Of a stretch of 4,346 nucleotides of DNA, positions 1-4,346 are shown one piece after another; the stretch's first letter is position 1, and the number at the start of each line of letters is the position of its first letter. Made by a program: the position numbers and the translations under genes. Below the pieces are notes generated by a model. The model searched no databases and was not told the DNA's origin. It saw only the letters and a list, made by a program, of their open reading frames with translations. The stretch comes from a virus (lineage: Duplodnaviria; Heunggongvirae; Uroviricota; Caudoviricetes): the IMG/VR virus record IMGVR_UViG_2700989363_000004. The stretch is one strand, 5' to 3'.

Positions 1-215
1 TCCGGATCGCTGAAAAACAGGCTGAGCACGGTGTACGTCAGCCCGGAAAAGTGCATATCCAGCAGAACATCATGAAAATAATGGGTACTGTAAAAGCGGT
101 GCCAGTCGGCATACTCCGTGGATGACATCCCGGCAAGCATGGCACGCCAGTCGGGTCGCCCCATCTCACGCGCCAGTTTCAGGGCAAAACTCAACTCACC
201 GTCGAACGCTTTCCC
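1..215 (-). CDS. T: T-frame portion of the tail assembly chaperone G-T fusion (lambda gpT-like); partial, continues beyond the window start
   Basis: Hand translation of the minus strand in the -1 frame relative to G, starting at the GGGAAAG heptamer, gives an open frame with no stop down to position 1: GK/AFDGELSFALKLAREMGRPDWRAMLAGMSSTEYADWHRFYSTHYFHDVLLDMHFSGLTYTVLSLFFSDP. This matches my memory of lambda gpT. There is no ATG of its own near the 5' end, as expected for a product made only by frameshifting from G. Not in the ORF track because it lacks a start codon. Confidence 0.85.
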
Positions 216-613
216 GCAGAAACAGGCTCTGCAGGCCCGGCGTCCTCTGCCTGTTCAGGAGCATCATTCACCACAAACTCATACATACCGGACAGCCGGT
301 ACACCACGTTTTCAGCATGAGAAATTGCCTCCGTGGGCCAGGTGGTAAGCACTTCCTGCTCAATCTGTTTAACGGCTTCATTCATGGAAGGCAGCTTTGT
401 CTTCTGCGGATGGTTATGCCACAGGGACATCGCCACCACAAAAGCGCCGGTTCTGATGGCGTCTTCCACAGTAAACTTCCGGTTGCTGTCTGACTCCGCC
501 TGTTCTGCCTGTCGTTTCATCAGGGCGAGATGCTCAATACGCTGCAGGGCTGACAGTTCAGAAAGCGTGACGGTCACACCGTTATGTTCAAATGATTCGG
601 TTTTCAGGAACAT
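191..613 (-). CDS. G: Tail assembly chaperone gpG
   Basis: 140-aa ORF (MFLKTESFEHNGVTVTLSELSALQRIEHLALMKRQAEQ...SAGKRSTVS) is near-identical to lambda gpG as I recall it. ATG at 611..613 (plus cat) is preceded by a GGAGAG Shine-Dalgarno. TGA stop at 191..193. Contains the frameshift heptamer near its 3' end. Confidence 0.95.
   Translation of the reverse strand: MFLKTESFEHNGVTVTLSELSALQRIEHLALMKRQAEQAESDSNRKFTVEDAIRTGAFVVAMSLWHNHPQKTKLPSMNEAVKQIEQEVLTTWPTEAISHAENVVYRLSGMYEFVVNDAPEQAEDAGPAEPVSAGKRSTVS
209..215 (-). other. -1 programmed ribosomal frameshift slippery heptamer G GGA AAG (G to GT recoding site)
   Basis: Plus-strand ctttccc at 209..215 is GGGAAAG on the minus strand. In the G reading frame it reads G GGA AAG, which is the known lambda G-T slip site. 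It lies 6 codons before the G stop codon (191..193), and the -1 frame stays open for the rest of the window. Confidence 0.85.
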
Positions 614-628
614 CGCTGACTCTCCGGA

Positions 629-1369
629 TTAACTGCCGGTGACGGTGATTTCTGCAACCGCAGCAAGTTCACCATTACCGGATACAACCGGAATGTTGAC
701 CTTGCCTGCAGCAACACCTTTCACGGTGATGGTCATACCACTGACCGACACGGTGGCTTTTGTTTTATCCGCAGACACCGCACGGAAGCTCTTGTCGGTT
801 GCGCCCTCCGGCTGGAATGCCACGGTCAGCGTGATGCTCCGCCCTTTCACCACCGAAGTGCTGGCAGGCGTCACGGTCATGCCGGTTGCCGCTGTTACCG
901 TGCTGCGATCTTCTGCCATCGACGGACGTCCCACGTTGGTGACTTTCACCGTGCGGGTGATCACTTCCTTCGCCGTCACCGCCTTACCGATACTGCTGAC
1001 CCAGCCGCGGAACACATCGACCGTGCCGTTCGGGAAGCGGATTTTATAGGCACGGGTATCCCCTTTATTAAACCACGCCAGCAGCGCCTGCTGCCCCTGC
1101 TCTCCGGGCATCCACGCCAGCGTGAAGATGGTATCTCCGGCAGATTTCTGCCCCTGCCCGGTCGCAGTCCAGTCCGCATTTTCATCATCGAGATAGCTGT
1201 CGTCATAGGACTCAGCGGTCAGTTCGCCGGGCGTCAGGTCTTTAACCTTTGCCAGACGCGACCAGTCATTGTCTGAAAGCGGGTTTGCATAAGGGTCGCC
1301 GCTCCCGTTATAAACCCACAGTGTGGTCCCGGCCCCTTTCACCGGTGCCAGAGGATTTGGTGTTGGCAT
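629..1369 (-). CDS. V: Major tail tube protein gpV (N-terminal tube domain plus C-terminal Ig-like domain)
   Basis: Translation [33 protein letters not shown]...[24 protein letters not shown] (246 aa) matches lambda gpV. Start chosen at ATG 1367..1369 (plus cat), preceded by GAGGA; the track ORF starting at 1399 would overlap the U coding region. TAA stop at 629..631. Confidence 0.95.
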   Translation of the reverse strand: MPTPNPLAPVKGAGTTLWVYNGSGDPYANPLSDNDWSRLAKVKDLTPGELTAESYDDSYLDDENADWTATGQGQKSAGDTIFTLAWMPGEQGQQALLAWFNKGDTRAYKIRFPNGTVDVFRGWVSSIGKAVTAKEVITRTVKVTNVGRPSMAEDRSTVTAATGMTVTPASTSVVKGRSITLTVAFQPEGATDKSFRAVSADKTKATVSVSGMTITVKGVAAGKVNIPVVSGNGELAAVAEITVTGS

Positions 1370-1376
1370 ATCGTCC

Positions 1377-1772
1377 TCACATTTCATAGGTAATGACATA
1401 AGTCAGATCGGCTGAACTCCACAGGCCCGCATCATCGTCGCGCCGGTAGTCATAGCCGCTGGCCACCATACTGGTGATCAAATCTGACAGTGCCGGGATA
1501 TCACTCATCACCGGATAAATCCGGGACTCCATCCACGCATCCAGCTCTGAATCCGGCACCTGAGCAGGCAGGAAAACTTCAATATGCAGCTCTGCCTGCC
1601 AGGTATCGCTGTCCAGCTCTTCGCCCGTGTATTCAGCGCCAGTGAGATAAACGGCAATTGCCGGAAAATCCGCCTCATCAAAAACAGCGGGGCGACCATC
1701 AAAAAGCGTCGCCCCGGTGTCATGCTTCTCCAGTGCATCCAGTACGGCTGCACGGAGTTCAGTATGTTTCAT
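1377..1772 (-). CDS. U: Tail terminator protein gpU
   Basis: 131-aa [72 protein letters not shown]...LTYVITYEM is near-identical to lambda gpU. Its ATG (1770..1772) overlaps the Z stop TGA (1769..1771) in an ATGA arrangement. TGA stop at 1377..1379. Confidence 0.95.
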   Translation of the reverse strand: MKHTELRAAVLDALEKHDTGATLFDGRPAVFDEADFPAIAVYLTGAEYTGEELDSDTWQAELHIEVFLPAQVPDSELDAWMESRIYPVMSDIPALSDLITSMVASGYDYRRDDDAGLWSSADLTYVITYEM

Positions 1773-2344
1773 CGCTTTATTACCATTCTCAGTTGATGCT
1801 TCAGCGCATAGCTCAGTTCTTTTGGCAGACGTTCTCGCCGGATACGGTTAACGTTCTCATCAAAAGCCTGTTTCAGTGGGACCGCCATCGGAATTTTCAC
1901 CACCTGAATGGGAAGACGATTACGCTTTTTCCTTCCCTTATCGTCAGTGCCCTTCGCATACCGTGCTTCTGGCAGACGTTGCATAACATGCCAGCGTCCA
2001 TTATTTAATCGCTGGATGAATGCCCGCTGATAACGATGCTGACCGGCTTTGAGTATGCTGTTCGGGCGATGACCAAGCATCCTGATCCCCAGCTTAATAG
2101 CAGGGAGATCACCTCGGTTAACGATAATTTTTGCATTCGGATTTCTGACCGTAGCTCGTTTCAGTCTGGATCGCTCTTTAACCAGTTTTCTCGGCACCCG
2201 GGTTTCACGGGCGACCTGAGACGAAGACTGATTAATCGCCGTTGCGGCCACGCGGTTAATGGCCATTGCTGACGCACTAGGCACCGCCGTTTTGCTGATA
2301 CGGCTGAGGTTTTCAACGGCCTGCTCAAGACCTTTTATGGCCAT
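1769..2344 (-). CDS. Z: Tail completion protein gpZ
   Basis: 191-aa ORF. The N-terminus (MAIKGLEQAVENLSRISKTAVP) and C-terminus (WHVMQR...VVKIPMAVPL...[23 protein letters not shown]) match lambda gpZ as I recall it; the central region is more divergent. ATG at 2342..2344 is preceded by a G-rich Shine-Dalgarno (AAGGGGGG). Position between FII and U fits lambda synteny. Confidence 0.9.
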   Translation of the reverse strand: MAIKGLEQAVENLSRISKTAVPSASAMAINRVAATAINQSSSQVARETRVPRKLVKERSRLKRATVRNPNAKIIVNRGDLPAIKLGIRMLGHRPNSILKAGQHRYQRAFIQRLNNGRWHVMQRLPEARYAKGTDDKGRKKRNRLPIQVVKIPMAVPLKQAFDENVNRIRRERLPKELSYALKHQLRMVIKR

Positions 2345-2355
2345 ACACCCCCCTT

Positions 2356-2709
2356 TCAGCGACGACGGTTAACGGCAGGCGGTACGCCCCGTCCAAGCCA
2401 GAGATGACAGCTTCCGCCATCATCCGGCGTAACCCGATCTACCCAGAAGTTTTCCTCACCGATGGTCAGCGTGTCTCCGCGCCGCAGCTGCCGCACATCA
2501 TCAGTCCGGACAAACAGGGACGGGCTGGAGCCTTCAACGCGCACGCCCTGTCCGGCATAGCTGATATTTTCAGGGTCATCAAAAACACCACGTATCACAG
2601 CACCGGACTGCTCACCGGATGTCATGGTGGCTGACGTTCCCATGTACCCGCGTATCGTTTCATCGGCGCGGGCAATAGCAGCATCGAACAGGTTATCGAA
2701 ATCAGCCAC
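2356..2709 (-). CDS. FII: Head-tail joining protein gpFII
   Basis: 117-aa ORF MADFDNLFDAAIARADETIRGYMGTSATMTSGEQSGAVIRGVFDDPENISYAGQGVRVEGSSPSLFVRTDDVRQLRRGDTLTIGEENFWVDRVTPDDGGSCHLWLGRGVPPAVNRRR is near-identical to lambda gpFII. The initiation codon read from the sequence is GTG (plus cac at 2707..2709), preceded by GGGAGG (complement of 2714..2719). TGA stop at 2356..2358. Confidence 0.93.
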   Translation of the reverse strand: MADFDNLFDAAIARADETIRGYMGTSATMTSGEQSGAVIRGVFDDPENISYAGQGVRVEGSSPSLFVRTDDVRQLRRGDTLTIGEENFWVDRVTPDDGGSCHLWLGRGVPPAVNRRR

Positions 2710-2720
2710 AGCGCCTCCCG

Positions 2721-3107
2721 TTATTGCATTCTGGCCAGGCCACGCTCTGTCATTTCAGCTGCCACACCGGCAGAGACACGAAACGCCGTTCCCGGCAGCA
2801 CAAATGCCACAGGTTCATCCCGCGTGGCGTGAAGTGCATCAGTATGCAGCGTCACCAGTGCCACAACCGTGACCAGATCAGCCGTATCAGTCACGGTATC
2901 CGGCTGCGCTGATACCACCTCATTTTCATGTCCGGTCAGCGCATTTTCCGGGCTGATAGGGGTATCCTGATCGGCAGTGTCATCAAGCTCCTCTTCCAGC
3001 TCTGCCACACGGAGCGCCAGTTCTTCTTTCGTTCCCGTCAAACTGACATCGCGGTTCAGTTGCTCACCCAGCTCCTGAAGACGGGCAATCAGTTCATCTT
3101 TCGTCAT
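2721..3107 (-). CDS. FI: DNA packaging / head assembly accessory protein gpFI
   Basis: Translation MTKDELIARLQELGEQLNRDVSLTGTKEELALRVAELEEELDD...HTDALHATRDEPVAFVLPGTAFRVSAGVAAEMTERGLARMQ matches lambda gpFI at both termini, with a divergent acidic linker in the middle. Start chosen at ATG 3105..3107, preceded by a strong GGAGGAG Shine-Dalgarno (complement of 3112..3118); the longer track ORF from 3146 would start inside the upstream hairpin. TAA stop at 2721..2723. Confidence 0.9.
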   Translation of the reverse strand: MTKDELIARLQELGEQLNRDVSLTGTKEELALRVAELEEELDDTADQDTPISPENALTGHENEVVSAQPDTVTDTADLVTVVALVTLHTDALHATRDEPVAFVLPGTAFRVSAGVAAEMTERGLARMQ

Positions 3108-3128
3108 GGACTCCTCCACAGAGAAACA

Positions 3129-3146
3129 ATGGCCCCGAAGGGCCAT
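3129..3146 (-). promoter_or_regulatory. Perfect 7-bp stem with cUUCGg tetraloop in the E to FI intergenic region (mRNA structure)
   Basis: Plus-strand atggccc cgaa gggccat at 3129..3146 reads AUGGCCC-UUCG-GGGCCAU on the minus-strand transcript. It begins 2 nt after the E stop codon (3149..3151) and lies upstream of the FI Shine-Dalgarno. No long U-tract follows, only the U-rich UUGUUUCUCUG. Confidence 0.6.
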
Positions 3147-3148
3147 GA

Positions 3149-4174
3149 TTACGCCAGTTGTACAGACACGAACTCATCAGGGTCAGCCAGCAGCATCAGC
3201 GGTGCTGACTGAATCATGGTGAACTCACGCGCCGGATCGCCGGATGTCTTCCAGTTTTTCGGATAACGGGGAGACGCATTAATACCCTCACTCAATGCAT
3301 CCGCATCCTGAATGCAGCCATAGGTGCGCAGACCGCGTGCATGAGTGTTACCCAGCACCATCGTGTTGTCCGGCAGGAAGTTCTTTTTGACGCCGTTTTC
3401 CACGTACTGTCCGGAATACACGACGATGGCCACATCGCCATACATTCCCTTATAAGACACCGCTTTGCCCAGGTCTTTCACCGCTGTCTCCAGCTCGGAA
3501 TGAGAGCCGCGACGGGTATCCAGCTTATCCTTGACGGCCTTGAAGGAACGGAACAGCGCCCAGCCTTTCGGATCAAACACGATGATATTCACCACACCGC
3601 TGGCGTTCAGCGCGTAGGCTTCGATATCGTCGGTCGGGTCATACGTGGACTTGTCACGCTTGCTCCACGCCGTGCCGCCGGACTGCGTGATGTTGTTGGC
3701 CGCACTGCGGCCCATATCCACCTCAACCGGATCGAAGGCTTCACCGGTCATGGTGTATTTGCCCTTAAGCACGGCAGAAACTGCCTGCATCTCTTCCACC
3801 TGGGCAATGGCCAACTCTTCGTCACGCATGTTCTGCATGATGATGCGACGGCGACGGTAAGCCGGGTCCGCCAGATTCTGCGGATCTTCATCCGGCAGGC
3901 GACGCAGGGTCATCTGCGGATTCACTTCATGCTTGGGTTTGACATATCCCGGCGTAAATTCAGAGGTGGAGCCGCCACGGGAACGGATAACCTCACCGGA
4001 AACAATCGGCGAAACGTACAGCGCCATGTTTACCAGTCCAGGAATTTGTGAGAGATAGACTTTCTCTGTAGTGAAGGGATAGCTCTCACGGAAAAAGAGA
4101 CGCAGAAACAGCGGATCAAACTTAAATTTCTGCTCATTTGCCGCCAGCAGCTGGGCGGTTGTGTACATCGACAT
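3149..4174 (-). CDS. E: Major capsid protein gpE (HK97-fold)
   Basis: Translation MSMYTTAQLLAANEQKFKFDPLFLRLFFRESYPFTTEKVYLSQIPGLVNMALYVSPIVSGEVIRSRGG...TMIQSAPLMLLADPDEFVSVQLA (341 aa) is essentially lambda gpE. Start chosen at ATG 4172..4174 (MSMY...); the track ORF extends 9 codons further upstream (MRLFLRDFF) into the intergenic hairpin. TAA stop at 3149..3151. Confidence 0.97.
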   Translation of the reverse strand: MSMYTTAQLLAANEQKFKFDPLFLRLFFRESYPFTTEKVYLSQIPGLVNMALYVSPIVSGEVIRSRGGSTSEFTPGYVKPKHEVNPQMTLRRLPDEDPQNLADPAYRRRRIIMQNMRDEELAIAQVEEMQAVSAVLKGKYTMTGEAFDPVEVDMGRSAANNITQSGGTAWSKRDKSTYDPTDDIEAYALNASGVVNIIVFDPKGWALFRSFKAVKDKLDTRRGSHSELETAVKDLGKAVSYKGMYGDVAIVVYSGQYVENGVKKNFLPDNTMVLGNTHARGLRTYGCIQDADALSEGINASPRYPKNWKTSGDPAREFTMIQSAPLMLLADPDEFVSVQLA

Positions 4175-4187
4175 AAAAAAATCCCGT

Positions 4188-4213
4188 AAAAAAAGCCGCA
4201 CAGGCGGCCTTTA
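4188..4213 (-). terminator. Intrinsic-terminator-shaped hairpin between D and E (GC stem followed by U7 on the transcript)
   Basis: The minus-strand transcript reads AAAG-GCCGC-CUGU-GCGGC-UUUUUUU: a 5-bp GC stem (plus 4195..4199 pairing with 4204..4208), a 4-nt loop, and seven U residues (plus A-run 4188..4194). The flanking A and U tracts could extend the stem. It sits between the D stop (4230..4232) and the E start (4174). Confidence 0.5.
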
Positions 4214-4229
4214 GTGATGAAGGGTAAGC

Positions 4230-4346
4230 TTAAACGATGCTGATTGCCGTTCCGGCAAACGCGGTCCGTTTTTTCGTCTCGTCGCTGGCAGCCTCCGGCC
4301 AGAGCACATCCTCATAACGGAACGTGCCGGACTTGTAGAACGTCAG
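4230..4346 (-). CDS. D: Head decoration protein gpD, C-terminal 38 codons (partial; the 5' end lies beyond the window end)
   Basis: Hand translation of the minus strand from 4346 gives [38 protein letters not shown] followed by TAA (plus tta at 4230..4232), which matches the C-terminus of lambda gpD. Not in the ORF track because the start codon is outside the window. Confidence 0.9.

Noticed and set aside
122-493. 123-aa plus-strand ORF, and the overlapping 76-aa ORF at 118..348
   Set aside because: Both are antisense to G and to the T frame, which are confidently identified. The translations are R/H/C-rich and look non-coding.
639-1049. 136-aa plus-strand ORF
   Set aside because: Antisense to the major tail gene V. 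No Shine-Dalgarno and no recognisable protein features, so it is a spurious open frame.
976-1206. 76-aa minus-strand ORF inside V in an alternative frame, and the similar 81-aa ORF at 1508..1753 inside U
   Set aside because: Out-of-frame overlaps with well-supported genes. The translations are arginine-rich and low-complexity, so they are most likely chance open frames.
1370-1399. Upstream extension of the V ORF ([10 protein letters not shown]...) starting at 1397..1399
   Set aside because: It would overlap the 3' end of U by about 8 codons. The ATG at 1367..1369 has a GAGGA Shine-Dalgarno and gives the conserved gpV-like N-terminus.
1658-2008. 116-aa plus-strand ORF, and the nearby plus-strand ORFs at 1584..1796 and 2036..2272
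   Set aside because: Antisense to U and Z. No homology-like features. Explained by the coding genes on the opposite strand.
3108-3146. Upstream extension of the FI ORF (MALRGHCFSVEES...) starting at ATG 3144..3146
   Set aside because: That ATG lies inside the tetraloop hairpin stem and has no Shine-Dalgarno. The internal ATG at 3105..3107 has a strong GGAGGAG Shine-Dalgarno and gives the conserved MTKDELIARL N-terminus.
3341-4051. 236-aa plus-strand ORF
   Set aside because: It lies entirely antisense to the major capsid gene E, which has an unmistakable lambda gpE translation. The predicted protein is R/H-rich with no recognisable motif, typical of the reverse frame of a real gene.
4175-4201. 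Upstream extension of the E ORF (MRLFLRDFF...) proposed by the ORF track
   Set aside because: The conserved gpE N-terminus begins MSMYTTAQ at the ATG 4172..4174. The extension would run through the intergenic hairpin and U7 tract and adds residues not found in gpE.
1-4346. Search for CRISPR repeats, tRNA or other RNA genes, IS or transposon ends, and att sites
   Set aside because: By eye I found no direct repeat arrays, no cloverleaf-like tRNA candidates, no terminal inverted repeats and no obvious attachment-site repeats. The window is fully accounted for by the structural gene cluster.

Overview
This window is the late morphogenesis module of a lambda-like (lambdoid) siphovirus or prophage, with every gene on the minus strand. 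Reading in the direction of transcription (high to low coordinates) the order is: D (decoration protein, C-terminal 38 codons only), E (major capsid protein), FI, FII, Z, U, V (major tail tube), G, and the start of the T-frame part of the G-T frameshift fusion. The translated ORFs match my recollection of phage lambda gpE, gpFI, gpFII, gpZ, gpU, gpV, gpG and gpT over long stretches, with scattered substitutions. Genes are tightly packed; the largest intergenic gap is 55 nt, so there is no room for an inserted cargo or moron gene. I see no tRNA, CRISPR array, IS element or defence system. All plus-strand ORFs in the track are antisense to these genes and are treated as spurious. The points worth a second look are the G/GT -1 frameshift heptamer, a cUUCGg tetraloop hairpin just after E, a terminator-shaped hairpin between D and E, a GTG start on FII, and apparent mosaic divergence from reference lambda in Z, the V N-terminus and the FI linker. 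In short, this is a well-characterised system, not a previously undescribed one.
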